Source: Octopus sinensis
Lineage: Eukaryota
Direction: 5' to 3'
Assembly: GCF_006345805.1 (NCBI RefSeq)
Contig: NC_043006.1
Span: 40,114,001-40,178,000, forward strand
DNA length: 64,000 nt
A model generated the notes under the pieces. It saw nothing but the letters and a program-made list of their open reading frames with translations. It did not search any database and was not told where the DNA came from. Numbering within the stretch: the stretch's first letter is position 1; every line of letters begins with the position of its first letter. The position numbers and the translations under genes are program-made. Below are positions 1-13,640 of the stretch, piece by piece.

Positions 1-560
1 CATACAGTTCTGCTTCTGCGTTCTGGAGACGGACAAGGTCCGGGATTTTTTTATGCTTTCGGATGTCAACCTCGGACCAGCCTTCCCTGGCAGTTCTCGT
101 CGCTTCTATCCGCCCCGTCCTCGATTACGCATCCCAGAAGCCACCAAATATCTGGAGGGATTCTAGAAATGCGGATTTGAGCTGTACGTTTTCCCATGTG
201 GTAGCTGTACATGATGACTTTGCTGGTTTTACAGTGGGGTTTGCGAGGGGTTCTGACTTAAACAGCACCGAAATGCTGCCGTATTGTTTGCTTCTTGCTA
301 TGTATTCGATGTCATTTCTGATGCACCTCAACACCGCCTCAATATCAACTTGGGCTACTAAAGCTGCTCTTTTCGTGTCTGCTGAGATGCATCTTAAAAG
401 CATCATTCTTCTCCGCACTGCTTCAATTGCCTCTGATGGGATTGTCAGATTGCCCCAAGTCTTCTCTTGTTTTATTAGTATCTGTGGCTGTGGTAGCATC
501 TGCTCCCTATTTGTAAGATCTTCGGCAAAGCGTTGTTTGTTCTTCGCTGCTGCGAACGTA
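1..560 (-). mobile_element. Decayed ORF1 (gag-like) remnant of a probable Tx1/L1-clade non-LTR retrotransposon
   Basis: Minus-strand frames give IEYIARSKQYGSISVLF and, after a frameshift, YHMGKRTAQIRISRIPP, which resemble Tx1-type ORF1 proteins. Frameshifted and broken. Confidence 0.4.
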
Positions 561-666
561 TTTTTGTTATTGTTATTGGTATTGTTTTTGTTGGTGTTGT
601 TTTTGTTGTTGTTGTTATTCTTATCGATATTATTGGTATTGGTTTTTTGTTGTTGCTGTTGTCACT

Positions 667-970
667 TTTTCCAGGAAGTTAGAAAATCTTTGGAACATTC
701 CATGAAATCCTCTGACTTTCGAGGAAGTTTTCTACCAATATTCCAGGAAGTTAGAAAATCCATGGAACATTCCATTAAATCCTCGGAACTCTCCAGGAAG
801 TTTTCAACCAATTTTCCAGGAAGTTAAAAAATCCTCGAAACTTTCCATGAAATCCTCGGAACTTCCCAGAAAGTTTTCGACAAATTTTCCAGGTAGTTAG
901 AAAATCCTTGGAACTTTCCAGGAAGTTTTCCACCAATTTTCCAGGAAATTAGAAAATCCTCAGAACTTCC
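667..970 (+). repeat. Degenerate minisatellite, core AAATCCTCGGAACTTTCCAGGAAG
   Basis: Repeated variants of ttccaggaagtt and aaaatcctcggaact. The reverse complement of the same core forms the array at 48168-48760. Confidence 0.85.
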
Positions 971-974
971 GATA

Positions 975-1640
975 GCTTTTTTCGCCGCCTCGATACCCTG
1001 CCGTGGTAGTTTGAAAGTAGTATCGATCATTATGCTGAGATCCTTTTCTTCAGTAAGATGTTGATGTTTGTGGCCAATAGTCAAGGGAGAGTTTGGAGGT
1101 GAACCTATTGGCAATGGCTGCATTTTGAAGCGTTCAAGTTCAGATTCCATTCTTCCGCCCAATTCCAAGCTCGGTTCAGTGACGATTGGAGTATGTCGTA
1201 TTGATTCCTAGGTGAGACAAGTTTGACGTCGTCTGCAAATAGGAGAACTCTTCCATCAAGAAAATCTGGCTGGTCGTTGATATAGAGAAGGAAAAGTATT
1301 GGCCCTAGCACCGACCCCTGGGGAACGCCGCTGCATGCATTCGTCTCCGCGGAGAGATCTCCATTTATCTGCACCCAAAAGGTTCGATAGCTCAGGAAGG
1401 AAGAAATCCACAAAGTCACCAATGGATGAATCTTGAATGCTCGAAGTTTGCGCTAGAGAAGTCAGTGATTAACGGAGTCAAACGCCTTTGCGAAGTCCAA
1501 AAATACCACGCCCACCAAGTCTTTTCATCCATGGTCCTTGTAATCCATTCTTCAACAAGGAGAAGATTTGTTAGGCAAGATCTTCAGGGTAGAAATCCAT
1601 GCTGCGAGTCGGATATTTCTTTGTACCATAAAGAGATATT
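975..1640 (-). mobile_element. CR1/L2-type LINE reverse transcriptase fragment (pseudogenised)
   Basis: SDSQHGFLP*RSCLTNLL; SGVPQGSVLGPILFLLYIND; LLFADDVKL; WAEEWNLNLNASKC; EKDLSIMID. Contains stops and frameshifts. Confidence 0.92.
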
Positions 1641-2824
1641 TGTATAGTGCTTTGGTTGGAAATAGCTGTGGGAATGACCTGAACATTGTGAATAAAAACA
1701 AAGTCGAGTATGCTATTTTCCCCTAATTGGACGGGTAATAATTTGTTGTATGGGAAAATCTTTTGTTGTATCGAGGAAATGGTTCATATCCCTCCACTTC
1801 AGTTGCTTAGTTCCAGACTGGATATAATCGTCGGACCAGCAAAGATTAGTAAAATTAAAGACCCTTGTTAAAAGCATATTAGCCTGTATGCTGGCCTCAG
1901 CTAGGGTTAGATTTATGAGCAAAAAAAAAGCACCTCTGAAGTGATCTTCGTGGTTAACCGTGTCACGATGACGGTAGGTAATGCTTTTAATATGATTTCA
2001 TTTTTATATAAATTAGTCTGAAATTGTCAAATACATTTCTTTGTAAATTAGGTAATTTCGGGGTTGGTCTGAAATCATTTATAGTTAAATGTTTCCTTTC
2101 AAAAACTATTTTTTTTTATCATTATTAAACTGGACTAGTATTTCGAATGAGCAATAAGTATCAAAGCATTTAACAATGAGCATTAAATATCAAAGATGAA
2201 AATAAATCATTTTGTTCCTTTGTCAAACTTTGGACCTAACAACCTAAATGAGAAAACCGATATGACTGAAAGAATTTTTAAAGGGCTTTTATTTTTAGGC
2301 TGAGGTCAACCAGTCGAATCCATTCAACCATGTCATCAGTCTTTAGCAACATCAACTTCAAAGAACTTGAGAGAGGTGACAGACTGAGAGAGGACAAGAA
2401 CCTTGACACATTTTCAGCATTGCAAGATTTTGGAGTTATTTTTGTCAGAATAGAGCTGTCTTCAAGAATCCAAGTAATGCTATGTATTGAAGAGTAGCCG
2501 TAGATGCTTGTCATGTTGTTGTTCTTGTTGTTTGCTGCTACTTTTGTTGTTGTCACATACTTTTTATTTTGATGCTACTTTGCTTCATAAATTCCCTTGG
2601 GAATTTTAAGCCCAGCTTCATCACTTTTATTTATTTATTTTTGTTCTTTGTTTTTGCTTTGAAACGAAATCTAGCTTCAAGCATCTTATAAAGATAATTT
2701 TTTAGACACTATTTTCTGAAACTGGTAAAATTATGTAGGGGGCGCAAATTTTGATCTTTGACCACCTGAAAATTCCAAGGAGTGCAGGTGCACCCGCTGC
2801 ATCCCCTGTTTCCGGGCCCTTGCA

Positions 2825-3360
2825 TACCAATCTTATTTTTCTCCTCCTCCCCTCCCCCTGTATTGTTGCCCGTAATGGAGAGAAGGGGAGGGAAGTCTTC
2901 ACCCGTTCCCTCCGAAAGGGGGGGGGACGCCACGTCAAAACGGTAGAGGAGTAGGGGCCGAAACCGGACGTGGTTCCTCCTGATGATGCCTTGAGCTAAC
3001 TGGATCCTATAAAGGAGCTGTTGCGGTAGCAGACCACGGAACACGGTTGTAATTCCTCCTTGGTAGTAGGGTTTGTTTTGTTTTGTTTTTTTTTCTCAAC
3101 CTTTTCAAGACGCGCTCCGCCATCTTGTTGAGTTGTATTTGGTCCAGTTAAATTTAACGACCACCGAAATTATTTGGTGGGCCGAAAATCACCTCTCTGG
3201 GGGCTACACAACTATATAAACCAGCCACAGGTTCCTGGTGTTTCTATTCACAACTTGGAATAAAATAATTGTTGAAAAAGGACAGCAATCCGGGTGTAAA
3301 TAAATATTTCTAACTGGACTTACTTGGAGCGTCCGTAAACACGTCCGGTATGTTCCGCAG
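2825..3360 (-). mobile_element. Probable 5' end and ORF1 start of a non-LTR retrotransposon
   Basis: GC-richer block. The minus strand reads caagATGGCGGAG (MAERVLKRLRKK...) into low-complexity Pro/Ser coding with stops. Confidence 0.3.
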
Positions 3361-3619
3361 CAAATGTAATAATAATATTAATCATAATAATGATTTCATT
3401 TATTTGTCACGAGGGGGAAGGATGAGGGGAACAATACAAAGACAGACATAAAGTGTGTAAGTTTACATATAATAATGAAATGATAAATTAAAAATATATA
3501 TAATAATAATAACTTAAATAAATGAAATATCAAATGTTTTAGTAGAGACTTTTTGGTTCACCCTGTGTGTGTTATAACGCACTAAAATCTCGGCCCATGA
3601 GTCACTCTGTTGCTTCTGC

Positions 3620-3657
<38 letters not shown>

Positions 3658-4524
3658 TGTGTGGTGTGTGTGTGTGTGTTGTGTGCGTGTGTGTGTGTAT
3701 GTATGTAGGTATCTATGTATGCATGTATATATGTATAATAACTGTAATCACCAACGCTACCACTGACGCTACAACCATTACAGCTGATACAACCATACTG
3801 TATAATTTCGACCACCATACTCATTATTTCTATCATCGCCCTTTCTAGACTGCATTTCAAATTATTCTGTTACAACATATGCTGGATGAGTTCATTCACA
3901 TACTACCAATACAAGTCTAATTTGTTCACGTCTCCTACTCGTTTCTCCGCTTAAAAGCGCTGATTGCTGTTACATCTCTGACCACACGTCTTTCCATGGT
4001 GATTATATTATTATATTACCTTTCACTCTTCTTTAACCTTTCACATATCTAGTGTCACCCTCACGCAACCTTAACACCTCATTTGAACTGCTTTTGTGAA
4101 CAGAGGCCTCGAAAACGTCTGCCAAAGGGGACATCATAAGCTGCTCTCTTTCAATATCAAGTTATCATTACCATTCATATGAAAGAAACCATCTTTCACA
4201 TTCTTCGATATGCATGCATATATGTACATGTACATATGTATATACATAGCTACACATACACATGCATTTATTTTAAGTGCTCATTCGCGTTTATACATAT
4301 ACGATTATATAGAAATACACATTTACACATTTGCATATTAAAACACACAGATACACATACACACACACACATAGGTATGTATGCATATATACACTTATGA
4401 ACACATACATATACAAACGTTAGACACATACACACATGAAATTAGATACATATTGATATGCATACATATATATATATATAGATAGATGCGCATATATCAA
4501 TACATACATATGTTTGTTGTCAGT

Positions 4525-4940
4525 AAACGGAACTCCGTCGGTTTCGACGATGAGAATTCTATGGTTTGATTCACTGAATTAATCTGCTCATTAAATTAGC
4601 GTGTAATTAGTCGGATATTCTTTGGACTTTTGAGCTACAAGTACAACCTATCCTATCGCCTCCCCTGTCCTCACCATGTGTATAGATGAAGATCCTTCTC
4701 GAATCTTATAGATACTTGTGGCTGGTTTCCCGGTTTCCGCGACGTGGATATTCCCCCACCTGGACGGGACGTTGGTCTGTCGCAGGATTATTTATCCTTT
4801 TTGCCAGCTGAGTGGACTGGAGTAACGTAAAATGAAGTGGTTTGCTCAGAACACAACAGGTCGCCCAGACCAGGAATAGAAACCGCAATATTATGATCAC
4901 GAGTCCAACACCCTAACCACTAAGCCACATGCCTCCACCA
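4525..4940 (-). mobile_element. tRNA-derived SINE pieces (family E)
   Basis: Head GTGGAGGCATGTGGCTTAGTGGTTAGGGTGTTG (A-box), B-box-like GGTTTCTATTCC, central ctccagtccactcagctggcaaaa. Homologous to 6020-6339 and 12745-12989. Confidence 0.8.
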
Positions 4941-5192
4941 CCTTGTGTGTCTACGCGCACCATTTCTCCTGGTCTTTCCTTTTTACTTTCATTCAACAGA
5001 GCTGCTGGCATTTACCCTCTCTTAACTCCCCCATTTCATTTGAGCGAACTTCAGTCCCAGTCATGCGGGTCTTGGGATTTGCTTTTATCATGCCGTAATT
5101 TTTCCTACCTCATACAGCTCTCTTCCACACCAGTCTTCTACTCCTTCCCTTTTCTCATTTCCATTCTTGTGTCCGTATTGATAAGACTACTA

Positions 5193-6352
<1,160 letters not shown>

Positions 6353-6489
6353 TATTTACCGTTAGAGAACAGCAATGGTTTCATCAGATTCTAGTGTTTT
6401 ACAATTTGACGTAGTTTTATTGCCAATCGTTGCCGCTGTTGGATTTAGCATCATATACATACAGAAGAGCGAATTACACATATTAAAGA

Positions 6490-7283
6490 CTAGCAGCATA
6501 GCCCGGCGTTGCCCGGGTATGTAAGAGCCCCTAGTAGGCAACGACTAATCCCAATCTAGTCCTTTCCCTCTAGGGAACGAAGGCACATGTGTAGGTTGCA
6601 ATGTCTTCTCTTCACTCCCAACTAACTATCAAACAGCTATCGATAATTCAAACCAACCAATTCCTACCAGGAAGAAATTACATTCGAGACTTTACCCCCA
6701 ACACCACTTCTGCTAATAGCTGCTGCAGCCGCAAGTTATTCGAATACTTTTTTTACACTTTCTTTATAACTACCACCCCAAACGTTTTACCTTAAATTTT
6801 TGACGTACCCTAAGGGTCCTCGGACGCTACTTGCATACTCTTGGTTTATTATAAACCGCTTTTGTCGTGTGCACCAAAAAACCTTTTCCATTCGTTTGTT
6901 CAGTTTGGTCACTTTTGACTTTTTCGTTGTTGTCACTCACATTCCTGCCCGCTTTTTTGCCGTTTTTGTACATTTTTATACATTTTGGGATACTTACCCC
7001 ACGTGTTCCGAGAGTTAAAAAGGTCGAGTTGCGTCCCCTAGACAGTCTGTAGAAAATGTGTTGCATATAAAAAGCTTAGATTCTCGACCCATGTCGAATT
7101 TATCGATTTTTTTTCAGAACTGGAGGAACTTTTCCAAATTTTCGCTGCGTTAGTTTTGAATTATGACGTTGGGCTATGTGTGTCAAATTTCATCAGAATC
7201 GGTTGAAAGCCGTGGTCAGGGTGAGGGTACAACCTGACAGACACACAGACACACAGACACACTGCCGTTTATATATAGAGAGA
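6490..7283 (-). mobile_element. Non-autonomous Helitron
   Basis: The minus strand starts TCTCTCTATATATAAA and ends with the hairpin CCCGG-GCAACG-CCGGG followed by CTAG|T. These are canonical Helitron termini. Confidence 0.85.
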
Positions 7284-7559
7284 TTAGCATACAAGTGGCT
7301 GAGCACACCACAGACATGTGTATCCTTAATGTAGTTTTCAGGGAGATCCAGCATGAAACATAATGGAACAAGACTGGTCCTTTAAATTACAGGTACATCT
7401 CATTTTTGCCAGTTGAGTAGACTGGAGTAGCGTGAAATAAAATGTCTTTCAAGGACACAAAGCGCCGCCAGAAATCGAAATCACAACCTTAATATCGTGA
7501 ACCAAATATCCCTTACCACTGAGCCACGTGCCTTCACTTCTCGCACCCTATATTTACCG
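7284..7559. repeat. Local ~276 bp duplication of 6086-6361
   Basis: Near-identical direct copy (two substitutions seen) lying between two Helitron 5' ends. Confidence 0.93.
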
Positions 7560-7665
7560 GTCAAGTTTCATCAGAATCGGTTGAAAGCCGTGGTCAGGGT
7601 GAGGGTACAACCTGACAGACACACAGACACACAGACAGACAAACTGCCGTTTATATATAGAGAGA
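7560..7665 (-). mobile_element. Second Helitron 5' terminus (copy of ~7182-7283)
   Basis: gtcaagtttcatcagaatcggttgaaagccgtgg...ctgccgtttatatatagagaga is repeated. Confidence 0.85.
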
Positions 7666-7939
7666 TTACTGGAAAGATGGCATATTAAAAGTGAAGACAG
7701 TCGTCTCAAAAGAAGTCGCAAAGAAATTACTTTGCACATAAATTTGATCTTTTACAAAAGCTTGGTTTTGGAGTAAAACTCAGCCATGATGCAAAAACAT
7801 TAAAGCTTGCAATATATACAGTGGCAGTATGTGACAGTGAAGACAAAATTAATTCAAGTGCTGGAATAGCTTCGTCGCTGACTGCCCGGGTATTGTGTTT
7901 TATCGATCTGATATTATGATGAAAATGGAACGGCTCCTG

Positions 7940-8180
7940 AGTGTGTGAGTCGATGATTAGACAGAACGTAATGTGCTTATAAAAATCGCCTCTCAAGCGA
8001 AAAGTAAAGGTATTAATATTTGCTGAAATTAGAATGTGCAATTTTGGGCTGAGAAAGGCTGGTTTCAAACGTTTAAACGATGTATTAATTTGAAAGCATG
8101 ATGCGTTGGGCTGCTCCTAACTAACCTCGAAAGCTGAAGAAAATTTGTGCTGAAGAAGGCTACACACCAGAGCAAGTGCG
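7940..8180 (+). mobile_element. pogo/Tigger transposase relic (CENP-B-type HTH region)
   Basis: FWAEKGWFQTFKR and LKKICAEEGYTPEQV match the Tigger motifs F.ASxGWF.RFK.R and EGYTPEQVFN. Confidence 0.75.
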
Positions 8181-9182
8181 TTCATATGTGTTTCTAATTC
8201 AGGTCTAAGTCCAGAAGTTTTGAAAGGAAAGGGCTAGCCGATTACTTTGATTCCAGTACTTCGTTGAAACCTCATTTAATCGACCCCAGAACGATGAAAA
8301 GCAAAGTTGGTCTCCGCAGGATTTGAATTCAGAGCGTAAGGAGCCGAAGGAAATACTACAAAGCATTTTGCTCGCCGCTTAAACGATCTTGCCACTTTAC
8401 CATCTTAAGATGAGTTTATAAACAGCGCAGTTCCTGCACCAAGAGATCGTGCCCCATAAGCGTCAAATAACTTTAGATAAGCGTATCACTGCTGTAACAG
8501 ATACTGATGATGACGATCTACAAACCAGAAATCCTCTTCTTTCCCACTGTAATTTCCATTGCACCAGCTTCTGTCACACAGCCATCGGCATCTTTTGTGC
8601 TTTATATAGACACAGCTACCATATTATTGCTTCGAAAGGTTGGGTTAAAACGGGTTTCTTCCAACCAAGGCTAAAATAAATCCTATTACAGCAATCTTCT
8701 GAGATTAAATCAATCACTCCGCCCCATATGCTATGTTTAAGAGGTCTAATAAGTTCAGAACATTTCTGGATTTGTTGTTATAACAACCAGATATCATATC
8801 GCAATTTAGTTCTTATTTAATTTAAGTTTCGGATTTTCTTCCCTTGCTTATTTTCGCGAGAATTGCCATTAGTGCCAACGACGGGCATAATTTCAATTTA
8901 TTAAATTTAGTTATGGTTATATAGAGTATTTTATGCATACTTGATTATGTATTTTTTTTTATGCAGAGAGCTAACTTGAGAAAGTTTCTTCTATACATAC
9001 ATACATACATACATACATACATACATACATACATACATACATACATACATACATACATACATACATACATACATACATACACATATATGTGATATATGGG
9101 TTTATTTATAAAATGTATATGCAAAGAATATATGTATAAATTTGCGTTTAGATATATATGATATGATATGATATATGATATA

Positions 9183-9220
<38 letters not shown>

Positions 9221-9382
9221 GCATGTATGCATTTATATATGTATGCGTGCGTGTTTTTATTTACGTCTACATACATACATGCGTTCACAACATATGCACA
9301 CATTTACATACATAAAGATGTATATATACATACATAAATGGATACATGCATACATGTATAAATACATACATATGTATATGTA

Positions 9383-9414
<32 letters not shown>

Positions 9415-9472
9415 GATACACAACACCACATAACATATATATACTATAATATATATATATATTATATATATA

Positions 9473-9520
<48 letters not shown>

Positions 9521-9523
<3 letters not shown>

Positions 9524-10667
9524 TATTACATTATATAAAAGGGCTTAGTAAAAAAATTTTTGCCGCATACTGAACTCATTAGGAAATAGTAGCTAAAAAA
9601 AACTTTTTTAAAACTATTTCTAATACTTAAAGAAAAGAAAACCTCTCTCATATAGTGTTTGCTCAATTCAACCCACGAAAGTATGGGGGTAAAGACATTA
9701 AAAAATCAAATGCAAGGTTATTTGAGAACGTACGTTTCAAGATTAGTCAACTCGACATTTCTATCACTGCTCAGAACTCCTTGGTTTGGATTTGAAAACA
9801 CTGAAAGTGGGAGCATACCCTTTCGGCTTCTTATCGCTTCTGAAGATCTGCTCGAAACTAACAGTGCCAGCAAACTCAAATATGCAAGCGAGAATTTCTG
9901 CTCTCCCCTTTCCACCACGTGGTTAAAATCAGCAAACACCATGCTTTTTTCGGTAAAATCCGAGGCATTAATAGAGAGATGAATTATTAATTTCATTCAA
10001 CAATGAGGGTAAAATTAATATTATTAATCAATTTCACCAAGTATTCAGTATGCAAAGGACCATTTAAGGCGAATTCAATTTACATTATATAAAAGTGCTT
10101 AGTAAAATAAATTACTTTGCCGCATACTTAACTCATTAGAAATAGTAGCTAAAAAACTTTTTTAAAACTATTCTAATACTTAAAGAAAACCTCTCTCATA
10201 TAGTGTTTCTCAATTCAACCACGAAAGTATGGGAGTAAAGACATTAAAAAATCAAATGCAAAGGTATTTGAGAACGTACGGTTCAAGATTAGTCACTCGA
10301 CATTTCTATCATCAGCTCAGAACTCCTTGGTTTGGATTTGAAAACACTGAAGTGGGAGCATACCTTTCGGCTTCTTATCGTCTGAAGATCTGCTCGAACT
10401 AACAGTGCAGCAAACTCAAATATGCAAGCGAAGAATTTCTGCTCTCCCCTTTCCACCAGCGTGGGTTAAAATCAGCAAACACCATGCTTTTTAAAAAAGT
10501 TTTTTTAGCTACTATTTCTAATAGTTCAGTAATGCGGCAAAGTAATTTATTTACTAAGCCTTTTTATATATGTATAATTGAATTCGCCTTAAATGGTCCC
10601 TTTGCATACTGAATACTTGTGAAATTGATTAATAATTAATTAATTTTACCCTCAATTGTTGAAATTA
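9521..10667 (-). mobile_element. Penelope-like pLTR array in (TA)n: ~555 bp direct tandem plus ~175 bp inverted copy, with hammerhead-like motif
   Basis: 9527-9947 is repeated at 10080-10490, and 10491-10665 is the reverse complement of ~9990-10165. TA tracts flank both sides. Consensus minus-strand motif: TGAG-CTGATGA-...-GAAAC-GTAC-GTT-CTCA. Confidence 0.65.
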
Positions 10668-11029
10668 TATTATATATTAATATATATATATATTATATAT
10701 AATATATATACGTATCTAAATGCATACATACATACATATGTGTACATACATATACAAATGGATACATATAGCCAGCCATCAACTCTCTCATATCTCATTA
10801 AAAAATCCAATGAAGCTACAACAGACCACTTCCATGTTTTGCCAGATTTGTTAAAGCCATGAATCATTTATGAGTATCAATATGGTGTAGCAATCTCGTT
10901 GGCGTCTGAAACCTGCGAATATTTAATCGCCATCTTAGTTTCACATTCTGCGTACACACATATGTATACGTAACTATACATCCACGCGCACACACTCAAG
11001 CACTCGGACACATATGCCTATATGTAGGG

Positions 11030-11199
11030 GCAGGCTTAGCTGTGATAAGAAGCTTACTTCCCAACTACATGGTTCCGGGTTCAATTCCACAGCGTGGCAC
11101 CTTGGACAAGTGTCTTCTACTATAGCTTCAGGCCCACCAAAGCTCTTTGTGACTGGAATTGGTAGACAGAAACTGAAAACCAGTCGTATATATATTTAA

Positions 11200-11236
<37 letters not shown>

Positions 11237-11582
11237 TATATATATTATATATCTATATATATATATATATATTATATATAATATATATATATATATATTA
11301 TATTATATATATGCATAAATAAATATATGTGTGTGTGTATGTATGTATATATATATATCTCTGTGTGTGTGCCTTTGTATCTGTGTTTGTCTTCCCATCA
11401 CTGCTTGACAACCGGCGTCGGTATGTTTACATTCCTCTAACTTAGCGGTTCAGCAAAAGAGTCCGATAGAATAAGTACTAGACTTTATAAAATAAATCTT
11501 GGGGTCGATTTGTTCGACGAAAACTGTTCAAGGTGGTGCCCCAGCATGGCTGCAGTCAAATGACTAAATCAAGTAAAAGAAT
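11030..11582 (+). mobile_element. tRNA-derived SINE family A (internal TA/TG microsatellite)
   Basis: Head ...catggttccgggttcaattccac...; tail ccagcatggctgcagtcaaatgactaaatcaagtaaaaga. Confidence 0.88.
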
Positions 11583-11604
11583 AAACTAATATATATATCA
11601 TCAT

Positions 11605-11881
11605 AAACTTTGCGCAGGCCTTTGAGCAGGTATCATCAAGCTTTTAGCATGATTTGATGCAGATTCTCATCTCAACTTTGTCTGTCATGATCAATGCGAC
11701 GATCACACGCTACACACCTTCCTTCCAATCACTACTTCAAACAGCGTAAGTGAGCTAGAACGTTAACACTTAGTGCGCATGCACAATAGAGTTCAAGGTC
11801 AACTGTGCCAAGCGGCTTCACCCTGCGTGCTTTAGCTTCATTACTATAGCAACAGTCCGGATACTTATTGATCAGACCACG
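11605..11881 (-). mobile_element. Mariner 5' fragment (TIR plus N-terminal HTH)
   Basis: TA|CGTGGTCTGATCAATAAGTATCCGGACT TIR. The minus strand encodes MTDKVEMRICIKSC*KL, like the mariner N-terminal QRxxIKFCxKL. Confidence 0.65.
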
Positions 11882-12744
11882 TACACAAACACGCATGCGT
11901 ACTGAACAACGCACAAGCGTTCTGCTTCCTTATCTTGTTTCCTTTACTAATTTCTTTCTTCCACTCTATCCTTTTTTGTTTTTCAGAGTACAGTACACTA
12001 TGCACGATTTTTATTTTAATCTTCTTAAATTTATGTTTTGTTCACCATCTTTGGAATATTCCTGTACCTGCTTTAATCTCTCACGCTGTCCAGTTGTCCG
12101 TCACTTATTCCCCTCGTTCTATTTGTGCTATTACATTGTACGTCACTCACTCCCTCCATTAAAATCGACGTTTCCTGAACGGGCGCGCGGTGTGCCAGAC
12201 ATGGGGTGTCAAAGTGATCGCTGAGCAACGTGAAATGAAGTGTTGTGTTCAACAAAAACAGTGCTCTAGTCGGTCCGGCAATTGAAATAATGATCTCACG
12301 ACCGTGAGTGCAACACCCTAACCACTGGGCCATATGCTCTCACACACGCACGCACACACACACACACACACACATACACACACACACACACAGATCGCAA
12401 ATCACTTCCTAGATACTTTGCCAGGATTCGAAACGTAATGTATATTTTTCTACAACTTCCTTCCTATTGTTTCCGATATTAGCATTTAGAAATTTATGAG
12501 GGTCAACTGTCAAAGTTAAGTTTTATCGCTTTAAGGACGTTCTTGGGTTAAATGCAGTTCAGCAGAGATAAACCCATTTACCTTTCATTATTCTCCGACC
12601 TACATACAGCTTTCCAACATGTATAAATACAGTACCCAAACTCATTTCTTTCGCACGCTGGCTGTCCACACCTGTGCTTCAGTGATGTCTGTCATCGTGG
12701 AGCTATACAACTCTTACTCTCTCTGCTTAGCAAGATAAAATATA

Positions 12745-12989
12745 AATAAATGCGCCCTTTTAAAGCCTAGCCAGGCTCATGGGCCCGGTTTCCCGGTTTC
12801 AATGGTGTATGTGTTCCCCAGGTAGACGGGACGCCAGTCTATCGCAAAGTTACTCATTTTTGCCAGCTGAGTAACGTGAAAGGAAGTGTTTCGCTCAAGA
12901 ACACAACGCGTTGCCCGGTCCAGGAATCGAAACTACAATCTTACGACCACGATGCTAACACCTTAACCACTAAGCCACGCGCCTCCACC
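12745..12989 (-). mobile_element. tRNA-derived SINE family E with V-domain-like tail
   Basis: Head GTGGAGGCGCGTGGCTTAGTGGTTAAGG, GTTTCGATTCC B-box, then gcgatagactggcgtcccgtct. Confidence 0.85.
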
Positions 12990-13289
12990 TTGTCAACATA
13001 GAGAGGTTAATTCTTTTATACTTTCTCTCTCTCTCCTTCTTCCATCAAGTCTCCTAGCAGTCAACAAAAGATGAACTTAACTATCTACAAAATGAATAAA
13101 AGAAGTGTAACAGCAAGTCGAAGGAGTTGTTTCTGACGATAAAAGAAGCCCAGACCAACTATTATTTTTTCTTCTAGTCATTTATTTTGTGTATATATAA
13201 TCACTACACACGCGTATGTGTGCGTGCGTGTGTATGTATGTGTGTGTATGTACGTGTATGCACGTGCACGCGTGTGGTCGTATACATAT

Positions 13290-13640
13290 ATAAAAGTAAA
13301 CATAAATGGCGTTTAAAATTTACGACAGCTGTTTCGGGAGAATTTTTATTTATGCAGTCACAGAAGATTACATCGTAACATGTAATTTACCACCAGCAGG
13401 TAAAATTTTAAACAGGTAAGATTAGATTTCTTACATTTAGTCGGATATTGTAGATATGTACATACCAACTTCAACGCCATTTAGATTTGTCCGGATTGAT
13501 GTAAGAAATCTCAACTGCTTAAAATCTTACCTGATGATGGTGGATATTATGTTATGATGTTAATCTTCTATGAATGCATTAAATAAAATTCTATAAAAAC
13601 AACGGTCGTAAATTTTAAATGACATTTCGGTTTAGTTTCA
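13290..13640. mobile_element. Old inverted-repeat element with a degenerate hammerhead in each arm (Penelope-like pLTR)
   Basis: 13290-13450 is an imperfect reverse complement of 13488-13640. The right arm retains TTAC-CTGATGA; the left arm (minus) retains CGAAAC-AGCT-GTC-GTAA. Confidence 0.7.

Noticed and set aside
63-827. 254 aa plus-strand ORF
   Set aside because: Antisense to a retrotransposon relic and runs through (TTG)n and the minisatellite.
9839-9870. Plus-strand CTGAAGA-TCTGCTC-GAAAC as a second hammerhead
   Set aside because: Stem II cannot close and no valid cleavage triplet or stem I is evident.
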